The notes under the pieces are model-generated. The model did not search any database. It saw nothing but the letters and a program-made list of their open reading frames with translations, and had not been told where the DNA came from. From an uncultured Actinomycetota bacterium (GTDB lineage Bacteria > Actinomycetota > Actinomycetes > JACCUZ01), in NCBI GenBank assembly GCA_963726615.1, contig CAVSCX010000006.1, positions 67,343 to 131,342 of the forward strand: 64,000 bases of DNA, in the 5' to 3' direction. Within the stretch, counting starts at the first letter, position 1; every line of letters starts with the position of its first letter. The translations under genes and the position numbers were made by a program. Below are positions 20,148 to 28,702 of the stretch, one piece after another.

Positions 20148-21326
20148 TCAGAGCCCCATCGCACGCGCGATCACGAGCTTCTGGACCTCGGTCGCTCCCT
20201 CGACGACCCGCAGGACCCGCAGGTGCCGCAGGACGCGCTCGACCGGGCCCTCGCGCAGCAGGCCCATGCCGCCGAACACCTGGACGCAGCGGTCGGCGAC
20301 GGCGTAGGCGCGCTCGGTGCAGTAGTACTTCGCTATCGACGAGTCGAGCATCGGGTTGCCGCCCGTCGTGCTGCCGGTGTCGACCGCCCAGGCGAGGTGG
20401 TAGGCGATCCACCGCATCGACTCGATGTCGGCCTTGCACTCGGCAAGCGGGAACGAGACCCCCTGGTTCACGGAAAGGGGTCGGCCGAACGCGGTCCGGC
20501 TGCGGGCGTGCTTCACCGCCTCCGCGAGGCAGTACTCCGCCAGGCCGAGCGACTGGGCGGCGAAGCCGGCCCGTCCCGCGTTGAGGAAGCCCATCGCCGC
20601 CTGGAAGCCGCGGCCCACCTCGCCGATCACGTGGTCGGCCGGGACGCGGGCGCCCTCGAACCACAGCTCCGCCGGGTGCGCGTCGGCGATGGTGGCCTGG
20701 ATCTTGCCGACGCGGTACTGGTCCGCGGGCACGACGAAGGCGGTGATCCCGCCGTCGGCCCGCTTCTCCTTGTCGGTGACGGCGAAGACGACCGCGAAGT
20801 CGGCCCGGTCACCGTTGGTGATGTAGTGCTTCATCCCGTCGATGACCCAGTCGTCGCCGTCGCGCCGGGCGCTGGTGCGGATCGCCTGCGCGTCGCTGCC
20901 CGCCTCGGGCTCGGTCAGGGCGAAGCACATCGTCTGCTCGCCGCGTACGACCGGCGCGAGGTAGGTGGCGTGCAGGTGCTCGGGCAGCTGGAGCAGCAGC
21001 GGGCTCGGGCCGGACGGGCTGGGGACGCCCACGGTGAGCGGCGCGAGCCGCAGCCCGGACCGGGCGGCGTCCTCGACCAGGAGGGTGGTGCCCAGGGTCG
21101 ACAGGCCCCACCCGCCAGCCTCCTCGGGGAGGTAGCAGGCGTAGAAGCCCTCGGCGGCCGAGCGCCGTCGCAGCCCGTCGACGGCACCGTGCAGCGCCTC
21201 GCGGTCGGGGTCGAGGCCGGTGAGGTCCGCGTGCAGCGCCTCCTCGACCGGCCGGACCTCGCGGTCCAGGAACGTCCCGAAGGACGTCCGCAGCGCCGTC
21301 AGCTCGGCCGGGATCGTGAAGTCCAT
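20148..21326 (-). CDS. Acyl-CoA dehydrogenase
   Basis: ACAD motifs (GWGLSTLG, CFALTEPEAGSDA, YITNG). ATG at 21326 (MDFTIPAEL...). Confidence 0.85.
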   Translation of the reverse strand: MDFTIPAELTALRTSFGTFLDREVRPVEEALHADLTGLDPDREALHGAVDGLRRRSAAEGFYACYLPEEAGGWGLSTLGTTLLVEDAARSGLRLAPLTVGVPSPSGPSPLLLQLPEHLHATYLAPVVRGEQTMCFALTEPEAGSDAQAIRTSARRDGDDWVIDGMKHYITNGDRADFAVVFAVTDKEKRADGGITAFVVPADQYRVGKIQATIADAHPAELWFEGARVPADHVIGEVGRGFQAAMGFLNAGRAGFAAQSLGLAEYCLAEAVKHARSRTAFGRPLSVNQGVSFPLAECKADIESMRWIAYHLAWAVDTGSTTGGNPMLDSSIAKYYCTERAYAVADRCVQVFGGMGLLREGPVERVLRHLRVLRVVEGATEVQKLVIARAMGL

Positions 21327-21473
21327 GCCCCCGATCCAACACCCGGCCGCTGCCGGCCTCCCCGCCACGGAGACCTCGCATCGGCACGGCGGTCGCGATG
21401 TGCCGGTCGGGTCAAGGACGGCCTCGGAGGACGGACGCCCGGGGGCCTCGCGCGCGCACGCGGCCGCGTCCGG

Positions 21474-22079
21474 TCACGGACGGCGCGGGGGCTCGGGGGC
21501 CATCCGGATCGACAGGTGGACCTGGCGGGCGCCGTCCGGTGCGGCCCCGAGCGGCCGGGTGTTCCGGAAGTACGGCCGCAGCACGCCCATCAGCGCCGCC
21601 GAGATCTCCCGCAGCTCGTCGACCGTGACGACGACGGTGCTGCTGGACATCAGCGCGGCCTCGCGCCACGCCGGCTCCGCGGCCGCGCGGTCGACGAAGT
21701 CGAGCACCTTGGCGTCCGAGCTGGCGAGCATCACCCGGGCGAGCGTCGAGTCCATCGCCTGCGCGTGCCGGGGATCGGCGCCCGGGTCGGGGTCGCTCAC
21801 CCAGCTGGTGATCACGGCCCGCCACACCCGCTCGCGGCCGTCGCGGTCGCGGGAGTCGTCGGGCTCGACGAAGCCGTGCCGGGCCAGCAGCCGCAGGTGG
21901 TAGCTGCAGGCGCTGGGCGACAGGCCCGCCACCTCGGCCACCTCGGTGGCCGTCGCCGGCCCGTCGTCCTGCAGCTTCTCGAGGATCGCGTAGCGACCGG
22001 CGTGGGCGAGGGCGCGCAGCGCCCCGGGGTCGGAGATCCGCCGGCCGTACGGCGTCTCGCGCGGGTCGCTGTCGCTCAT
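21474..22079 (-). CDS. ArsR-family (HTH) transcriptional regulator with a C-terminal extension
   Basis: ArsR-type wHTH (LRALAHAGRYAILEKLQDDGPATATEVAEVAGLSPSACSYHLRLLARHGFV). It is divergent from an MFS gene. Confidence 0.75.
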   Translation of the reverse strand: MSDSDPRETPYGRRISDPGALRALAHAGRYAILEKLQDDGPATATEVAEVAGLSPSACSYHLRLLARHGFVEPDDSRDRDGRERVWRAVITSWVSDPDPGADPRHAQAMDSTLARVMLASSDAKVLDFVDRAAAEPAWREAALMSSSTVVVTVDELREISAALMGVLRPYFRNTRPLGAAPDGARQVHLSIRMAPEPPRRP

Positions 22080-22102
22080 GCCGGTCAGATTATCTGAAAC
22101 AA

Positions 22103-22129
22103 CCCCTTCACAACATAGATATGAAGGGG
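22103..22129. promoter_or_regulatory. Inverted repeat CCCCTTCA-N11-TGAAGGGG in the ArsR/MFS divergent intergenic region (candidate operator)
   Basis: Perfect 8-bp arms, 23 bp from the ArsR start codon. Confidence 0.45.
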
Positions 22130-22143
22130 TACTTTCACATTTC

Positions 22144-23427
22144 GTGGACACCGACACGACGACAACCACACCCACCACACCCACCGACCCGCGCCCCGGG
22201 GCGGACGTCCGGGCAGCGCTGCGGACCCGGGACGCCCGCCTCGTCCTCAGCGCCTACGCCGTCTCGGCAGTGGGCAGCGAGGTCACCGTCCTCGCCATCC
22301 CGCTGGTCGCCGCCGTGCTGCTGGGCGCCAGCCCGCTGCAGATGGGGCTGCTGACCGCCGCCGGCACCGCGCCCTACGTCGGCTTCGCCCTCCTGGTGGG
22401 AGCCTGGGTGGACCGGCTCCGCCGGCGGCGCCCCCTGATGGTCGCCGCCGACCTTGTCGCCGCCGCCGCCCTGCTGACGGTGCCGCTCGCCTGGGCGCTC
22501 GGCGTGCTGTCGGTGAGCCAGCTGATCGCGGTGGAGCTCGTGGTCGGGGTGGCCAGGGTGACGTTCCGGCCGACGTTCAGCACCCATCTGCCCGACGTCG
22601 TCCCGGCGCACGCGATCACGACGGCGAGCTCGCGGCTGCGCGCGTCCGAGGCGACAGCGATGCTGGCGGGGCCGACGCTGGGCGGCTCGCTCGTGCAGAT
22701 CCTCACCGCGCCGGTCGCGGTGCTGGCCGACGCCGTGTCCTTCGTCGTCTCGGCCCTGCTCGTCGGCCGGATCCGCGCGCCGGAGCGCGTCGGCTACGAG
22801 GCCCCTCCCCGCCGCCGGCTGGCGCAGGAGATCGGCGAGGGGATGACCTACCTGGTCCGGGACCGGCGGCTGCGTGCGATCGCCGGTGCTGCCGCCAACG
22901 TCAACTTCTTCGGCATGATGATCTTCGCCCTCCTCGTCGTGTACCTGACCCGCGACCACGACTTCACGCCGCTGATGATCGCGGCGGTCACGGTCTCCGG
23001 CGGCCTGGGCGCGCTGGCAGGAGCCGTGCTGGCGCCGAGGGTCTCGGCCCGGATCGGCCGTGGCCGCACGATCATGGCCGGCTCGGCCGTGTTCACCTTC
23101 GGCATGATCGCGTTCCCGGCTGCGCAGGGTCCGCGCTGGCTGGTCCTGGCGATCCTGTGTGCCAACGAGGTCGTCGTCGGCATCGGCATCATGCTCTTCG
23201 ACGTCACGACCGGTGCCTTCTTCCTCACCGACGTGCCGGACGGCCTGCGCGGCCGGGTCAACAGCTCCATGTCGACGGTGACGCAGGGAGTCAAGGCGCT
23301 GGGAGCGTTGACCGGCGGCGCGCTCGGGTCGGCGTACGGCGTCCGGCCGACCCTGTGGGTCGCCGCGGTGGGCGCGACGACCACGGTGCTGTGGACGGTC
23401 TTCTCGCCCCTCCGGTCGACGCAATGA
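22144..23427 (+). CDS. MFS transporter (EntS/enterobactin-exporter-like 12-TMS)
   Basis: Twelve predicted TM helices with MFS loop motifs. I chose the GTG at 22144, downstream of the operator, as the start. Confidence 0.75.
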   Translation: MDTDTTTTTPTTPTDPRPGADVRAALRTRDARLVLSAYAVSAVGSEVTVLAIPLVAAVLLGASPLQMGLLTAAGTAPYVGFALLVGAWVDRLRRRRPLMVAADLVAAAALLTVPLAWALGVLSVSQLIAVELVVGVARVTFRPTFSTHLPDVVPAHAITTASSRLRASEATAMLAGPTLGGSLVQILTAPVAVLADAVSFVVSALLVGRIRAPERVGYEAPPRRRLAQEIGEGMTYLVRDRRLRAIAGAAANVNFFGMMIFALLVVYLTRDHDFTPLMIAAVTVSGGLGALAGAVLAPRVSARIGRGRTIMAGSAVFTFGMIAFPAAQGPRWLVLAILCANEVVVGIGIMLFDVTTGAFFLTDVPDGLRGRVNSSMSTVTQGVKALGALTGGALGSAYGVRPTLWVAAVGATTTVLWTVFSPLRSTQ

Positions 23428-23501
23428 CCCCGACGCAATGACCCCGACGCGATGACCCCGACGCAATGCCCCCGACGCAATGCCCCCGACGCAATGCCCC
23501 C
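23418..23501. repeat. Tandem repeat: 6 copies of a 14-bp unit (GACGCAATGACCCC, with a variant GACGCAATGCCCCC)
   Basis: Six perfect or near-perfect head-to-tail copies. They span the MFS stop codon and the ORF-track ATG of the next gene. Confidence 0.9.
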
Positions 23502-23533
23502 GAGTCCCTCCGCCGCCGGGTAGCGTTCTGCCG

Positions 23534-25063
23534 GTGCAGGGGGACACCAGGGTCGCTCGCCGGGCGTCGGCGGTGCTCGCGCTCGCGGCGCTGATCGCGA
23601 CACTCGTCGCGAGCCCGCCTGCAGTCGCGTCCGGGCCGGGGTGGGGGCACCGCGAGCCGCGCCTGCAGGTGGCGCTGCGCGAGGCGAGCGGCTATGCCCT
23701 GCTCCAGCTGCGACGCACCGACCGGCGGCTCCGGCCGGGTCGGTACCCGACGGTCGCCGTCGGCGACAGGCCCTGGCGCACCAGCGGGACCAACGGCTGG
23801 CTGGCCGGGTTCTGGCCGGGCCGGTTGTGGCTCGCCTACGAGCTCACCGGCGACCGCGAGTGGGCGCGCCGCGCCGTCGCCCGGCAGGTGCCGCTGGCGG
23901 TGCGGCAGGACGACGGGTCGACGCACGACCTCGGCTTCCTGCTGCAGACCTCGTTCGGCCGCGGCGCCGACCTGCGCGGTCGCGCGACCGACGCCGCGGT
24001 GGTGCAGCGGGCCGCGGCGGCACTGGCGGCGCGCTACGTGCCGTCGGTCGGGGCGATCCGCAGCTGGGACGGGCCGCCGGGCGGCACCACGGTCATCGTC
24101 GACAGCCTGATGAACCTCGAGCTGCTGTTCTGGGCGGCGGACCACCGTGGGCCGGCGACCTGGCGCGACCTGGCGGTGCGGCACGCGCTGACCGTCGCGC
24201 GCTGGCAGGTGCGGCCGGACGGCAGCACCTTCCACGTGGCGCACCTCGACGAGTCGACCGGCCGACCGACCTGGCGGGGGACAGTCCAGGGCCTCGCCGA
24301 CACGTCGACCTGGGCGCGCGGCCAGTCCTGGGCGGTGCACGGCTTCACCACGGCGTACGACGAGTCGCGCGATCCGCGACTGCTGGACGCCGCCCGCCGG
24401 GTCGCGGGCTTCGCGGTCAGTCACCTACCGGCCGACGGCGTTCCCTGGTGGGACTACGACGCCCCCGGCACCCGCCGCGACACCACCGCCGCCGCCGTCC
24501 TCTCGGCCGGGCTGCTCGACCTCGCCCGGGTCGACCCGGACCCCGCCCGGCGGGCGACGTGGCGGGCGGCAGGGCTGCGGACGCTTCGCTCGCTGGTCGG
24601 GCCGCGCTACCTCGGCAAGGGGACCGGCTCCTGGTCAGTGCTCCTGCACGGTCGCCACGACCCGACCTACGAGGACGCCGGCGTGACCTACGGCGACCAC
24701 TACCTGCTCGAAGCGCTGCTCCGGGTGCAGCTGCTGCCCTCCACCCGCGCCGCGCAGCCGGTGCACGCGCTGCGGCGCCTCTCCGGCGGCGGCCTGCGCG
24801 CCGACCTGGGCGGTGCACGCCGGGTCGGCGAGGTCTCGGTCCGGTGGCAGCACGGCGCCGATGCGGCCACCAGGTTCGCTGTGCAGGTGTCGACCGACGG
24901 CCACCACTGGGCCACGGTCCGAGGCGGGGTGAGCAGCGGTCGCAGCACGGTGGCGGAGACCTACGACGTGCGGGACCGGCGAGCCCGGTTCGTCCGGGTC
25001 CGGCCGCTGGGCGCGACCGACGGCAGCACGGGCCAGGTGCTACGACTCGTCGTGCGGCGCTGA
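23534..25063 (+). CDS. Glycoside hydrolase family 88 (unsaturated glucuronyl hydrolase) with a C-terminal F5/8-type-C/discoidin-like domain, secreted
   Basis: GH88 regions (DLGFLLQTSFG, GQSWAVHGF, WWDYDAPG) and a signal peptide (RVARRASAVLALAALIATLVASPPAVASG). I prefer the GTG at 23534 to the ATG at 23480, which lies inside the tandem repeat. Confidence 0.7.
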   Translation: MQGDTRVARRASAVLALAALIATLVASPPAVASGPGWGHREPRLQVALREASGYALLQLRRTDRRLRPGRYPTVAVGDRPWRTSGTNGWLAGFWPGRLWLAYELTGDREWARRAVARQVPLAVRQDDGSTHDLGFLLQTSFGRGADLRGRATDAAVVQRAAAALAARYVPSVGAIRSWDGPPGGTTVIVDSLMNLELLFWAADHRGPATWRDLAVRHALTVARWQVRPDGSTFHVAHLDESTGRPTWRGTVQGLADTSTWARGQSWAVHGFTTAYDESRDPRLLDAARRVAGFAVSHLPADGVPWWDYDAPGTRRDTTAAAVLSAGLLDLARVDPDPARRATWRAAGLRTLRSLVGPRYLGKGTGSWSVLLHGRHDPTYEDAGVTYGDHYLLEALLRVQLLPSTRAAQPVHALRRLSGGGLRADLGGARRVGEVSVRWQHGADAATRFAVQVSTDGHHWATVRGGVSSGRSTVAETYDVRDRRARFVRVRPLGATDGSTGQVLRLVVRR

Positions 25064-25073
25064 CCGCAGCCGG

Positions 25074-25484
25074 TCAGCGGTCTCGCAGCCGGACGACGAA
25101 GCGCAGCGCCGACCAGGTCGCGTCGACCGCGCAGACCTTGTTGTCCACCAGGCCCGCTGCCAGGCCGTGCGTCCGGACCACGTTCTCGTCCAGGTCGAGC
25201 GCCAGCCCGCTGCTGCGTTTGGGCCAGAGCACCCACAGACCGCCGGCCGGGGTGAGCCGGGCCGCGGCCGGTGCGAAGCGACGCACGAGGGAGCGCCGGT
25301 CCGGGGCGAAGGCGAGCACCACGTCGTAGCCGGCTGGTCCGGCCCTGCGGTGCACGTCGACGCCCGGCAACGGGCCGAGGGTCGACTCCTCGAAGCCGCC
25401 CGGTGCACCGGAGAGCAGCACCCGGCTCCCCGGTGCGATGCCGAGCTTGCGGGGGAGCGGAGTACCGGAGTAGCCGGCTGTCAC
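25074..25484 (-). CDS. DUF3052-family protein
   Basis: The conserved N-terminus VTAGYSGTPLPRKLGI... is typical of DUF3052. GTG at 25484. Confidence 0.6.
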   Translation of the reverse strand: MTAGYSGTPLPRKLGIAPGSRVLLSGAPGGFEESTLGPLPGVDVHRRAGPAGYDVVLAFAPDRRSLVRRFAPAAARLTPAGGLWVLWPKRSSGLALDLDENVVRTHGLAAGLVDNKVCAVDATWSALRFVVRLRDR

Positions 25485-25564
25485 ACGTCGAACGCTACCC
25501 GTGCCGTGGGTGCACAGCTCGCGACAGTTCGCCCGAGTCTGCGCATGTGGACGCGATGACCGAC

Positions 25565-25584
25565 CCATGACAGTCCTGTCATGG
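25565..25584. promoter_or_regulatory. Perfect 20-bp palindrome CCATGACAGTCCTGTCATGG, about 77 bp upstream of the giant secreted-protein gene
   Basis: 9-bp arms with a 2-bp centre, in the divergent intergenic region between DUF3052 and the 25661 gene. Confidence 0.5.
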
Positions 25585-25660
25585 AGCACCCTGCGGCCCG
25601 TCCACGCAGGCACCTTGTGCCCAGCGAGCGTCTCTCGTCTCGCGGGGAGGGTGACACAGC

Positions 25661-28600
25661 ATGCGCGGACTTCGGGCGGCCCCAGCGACAGTGACCTCGG
25701 GCCGGAGGGGCGGGGTACTTGCCCGCCGTCTGGCCAGCCAAGCGTCCCGACGGGCCGGCACCTTCTCCGTCGTCGCCGCGATGGTCTGTGGCTTCGTGAC
25801 GGCGCTCCCGGCGCTGCCGGCCCAGGCTGCGACGACGGACAGCCTCAGCGTGACCGTCGTCAGCGCCCGCACCGAGCCCCGCGCGTTCGGCGGTGCCGGC
25901 GTGCAGCTGAACGACCCGATCGACACGTTCTCGTGGATGGTCAACGTGGACGCGACCGGCACCACCGACCAGCGCAGCCCTGCGGTCGGATCCGGCTGCT
26001 CGGCCCTCGACGCCGACTACCCGGACAGCTGCCGGTGGCCGTCGATCGACGAGCCGTCCGGGTGGGCGCCCATCTACGCGCAGGGCACTCAGGACGACCT
26101 CCCGCTCACGAACATCCCCGACGGCCGCTACCTGATCTCTGTGGTCGCAGACGGCTACTCGATCGACGGCGCGCACTTCTGTGTCGACAACGCACCGCCG
26201 GCCGAGCCCGGCTGCGACTCGCCGCTGTCCGGCCCGGTCACCGTGGGGATGCAGCCCAACCCGCTGCCGGACTCGACCCTGCGGGGCCAGGTCTTCGAGG
26301 ACAACGCGCCCACCAACGGTGGACCGGACGCCAACGAGGCCGGCCTGGCCAACTTCGTGGCCCAGGTCAACGACACGCTGGGCGAGGTCAGCACCGACGT
26401 CTACGGCAACCCGCTGTGCACGACATACGTCGGCGAGGACCCGGACACGCACCTCATCCCGCTGGCGGACCTGGACGGGGACATGCTCCCCGTGGTGGAG
26501 CAGCTCGGCGGCAAGTGCAAGAGCGACGACACCGGCATGCTGACGGTGCCGCACCTCGGGCCCAACCGGTACACGCTCTCGGCCGTCGCGCCCGACGGGC
26601 AGACCTGGATCCAGACAACGACCCTCGAGGGCAACCACGACTACGACGCCTGGATGATGGAGGGCGACACCGGCTTCGACACGACCTTCGCCCGGGGCGG
26701 CGAGCCGACCCCGCTGCCGATCTTCGGCTACGTGCGCCCGACCAACGACCTCGCGGCGGGCGGCACTGCGCACGTCAAGGGTGTGGTCGTCGGTGTCAAG
26801 ACCTACACCCCGCCGACTGGCGGTTCCTTCGACTTCTGGGGCGGTAACACCGGGACCAAGGTCGGCGGACCCATCGACCGGCCGTGGCTGTCCCTGCAGG
26901 ACCTCGACAACGGCGACGTGGCCGTCTGGGTGGGTCGTGGCAACGCCGACGGCTCCTTCGACATCAGCGGTGTGCCGGCCGGCAACTACACGCTGACCTG
27001 GTGGGACGAGCCGCAGGACTACAACGTCAACTTCATCAACGTCACGGTGACCGCCGGCGAGACGGTGCAGATGGGTCAGCTGCCGCTGAACGGTTGGTGG
27101 ACCACGTACGACGGCTACGTCTTCAACGACACGAACCGCAACGGTGTCAAGGACGCGGGGGAGTCCGGCATCTCGGGCTTCGCCCTCACCATGCGTCACC
27201 GCGAGAACAACCTGATGGACCGTGGCACGCCGACGGCGGTGACCGACGCAAACGGCTACTACAAGTTCGAGAACGGGTATCCCCTCGGAGAGTGGCTGGT
27301 GATGGAGGCCTACAACGACGCCTTCTACACCACCGGAGTCACCTACCAGGCCGACAACCAGCCGACCCCCACCACGGTCAAGGGCGCTGGTGTCGACGTC
27401 AGCGTGATGCCGATCATCGGCCTCGGCGGGCGGTTGGACTGGGGCGTGCACGCCTACTCGCCCGGCGGAAACGGCATCGATCCTCGCAACGGTGGCATCG
27501 TCGGCACGGTCAGCTACGACACGACCCGCAACGAGCTCGACCCGCAGTACGCCGCCACCGAGGACTGGCAGCCGGGCATCTCCGGGGTCCCGGTCGAGCT
27601 CCACGCGCCGATCGACTGCGGCACCAACGCGGACACCCCGTGCGACGCCAACGAGCTCTACGAGCTGGCGCCGGACGGTTCCTACGCCCAGGGCAACCTG
27701 CTGAACACCTACACCACCGAGTCCTGGGAGCGGCCGACCGGTTGCACCGCTCGCGACGTGGACGGCAACGCACTCGTGCACGGCGTCGACGAGAACGTTC
27801 TCGTGCGCAACCAGGAGACCGACGGCGAGTGCATCTCCAGCTTCATGCAGGAGATCCAGTACGCCCCTTACCCGACCGACCAGGGGACCCCGGACGCCAA
27901 CTTCGGCGCGGCGGTGAACGGCAACTACGGCTTCGGCGACGGCTGCTTCCTACCGGACGGCTCGCCCGGCGAGTTCGACCCGGACAGCGAGAGCTGCTCG
28001 ACGGGGTCGCTCGGGCCGCTCCCCGGCGCTCGCGACTACCTCGTGCACGTCGCCATCCCGGACGACGCCACCGGCAAGCCGATGTACAAGGTCACCGGCG
28101 AGGAGGACATCAACATCGGCAACGGGGACCAGATCATCCCGCAGGTCCCGCCGCCGTCCTGCGCCGGACCGCTGCACACTGTCGACCTCGCCGGCGACGC
28201 GTCACCGGCCGTTCTCGAGACAGGTCTCGTGAGCTCGAACAACGCCCTGACCTGGACCGCCGTCACCGCCCCGGGCAACAACATCACGGTCGCGCTCGAC
28301 GCCAGCGGTGAGGACACTCCGCTCAGCGTGGACGTCACGGGCTCCGACATCGTGGTGAACCTGGCCACCGACAGCGGCGGCGCGGCGGTCTCCACAGCAG
28401 CCGAGGTCGCTGCTGCGGTCTCGGCTGACTCCGCCGCGGCAGCCCTGGTCAGCGTCGCCGACACCGCAGACTCGGACGGCACCGGAGTGGTGACCACGGC
28501 GCCGCCGCCGAGAACCTGGCCAACGGCACGGCCGACGGCTACCCGGCGGTGGTCGGTGACGGAGGGGTCACCAACGACCTGCCGGTCGGCGTCACGGTGC

Positions 28601-28702
28601 CTGCCTCGGCCCCGGTCGACAACGCCACCTTCCTCGACATCGGCGGCTCGCCGTACGAGGGCGCCCCGAAGCCACGGTGCGACACGAAGCTGGTCCGGGT
28701 GA
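25661..28702 (+). CDS. Large secreted multidomain surface protein, N-terminal segment (signal peptide, Cna-B/SdrD-B-like domains, and junk-looking translation after about 28,500)
   Basis: Signal peptide (VVAAMVCGFVTALPALPAQAA) and Cna-B-like repeats (GQVFEDNAPTNG..., YVFNDTNRNGVKDAGESGI). The protein-like translation ends near 28,500 and continues in the +2 frame. Confidence 0.6.
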   Translation: MRGLRAAPATVTSGRRGGVLARRLASQASRRAGTFSVVAAMVCGFVTALPALPAQAATTDSLSVTVVSARTEPRAFGGAGVQLNDPIDTFSWMVNVDATGTTDQRSPAVGSGCSALDADYPDSCRWPSIDEPSGWAPIYAQGTQDDLPLTNIPDGRYLISVVADGYSIDGAHFCVDNAPPAEPGCDSPLSGPVTVGMQPNPLPDSTLRGQVFEDNAPTNGGPDANEAGLANFVAQVNDTLGEVSTDVYGNPLCTTYVGEDPDTHLIPLADLDGDMLPVVEQLGGKCKSDDTGMLTVPHLGPNRYTLSAVAPDGQTWIQTTTLEGNHDYDAWMMEGDTGFDTTFARGGEPTPLPIFGYVRPTNDLAAGGTAHVKGVVVGVKTYTPPTGGSFDFWGGNTGTKVGGPIDRPWLSLQDLDNGDVAVWVGRGNADGSFDISGVPAGNYTLTWWDEPQDYNVNFINVTVTAGETVQMGQLPLNGWWTTYDGYVFNDTNRNGVKDAGESGISGFALTMRHRENNLMDRGTPTAVTDANGYYKFENGYPLGEWLVMEAYNDAFYTTGVTYQADNQPTPTTVKGAGVDVSVMPIIGLGGRLDWGVHAYSPGGNGIDPRNGGIVGTVSYDTTRNELDPQYAATEDWQPGISGVPVELHAPIDCGTNADTPCDANELYELAPDGSYAQGNLLNTYTTESWERPTGCTARDVDGNALVHGVDENVLVRNQETDGECISSFMQEIQYAPYPTDQGTPDANFGAAVNGNYGFGDGCFLPDGSPGEFDPDSESCSTGSLGPLPGARDYLVHVAIPDDATGKPMYKVTGEEDINIGNGDQIIPQVPPPSCAGPLHTVDLAGDASPAVLETGLVSSNNALTWTAVTAPGNNITVALDASGEDTPLSVDVTGSDIVVNLATDSGGAAVSTAAEVAAAVSADSAAAALVSVADTADSDGTGVVTTAPPPRTWPTARPTATRRWSVTEGSPTTCRSASRCLPRPRSTTPPSSTSAARRTRAPRSHGATRSWSG

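Noticed and set aside
23418-23501. Possible CRISPR array, because of the regularly spaced repeats
   Set aside because: The units are directly abutting 14-bp copies with no spacers, so this is a microsatellite-like tandem repeat and not a CRISPR. No cas genes occur in the window.
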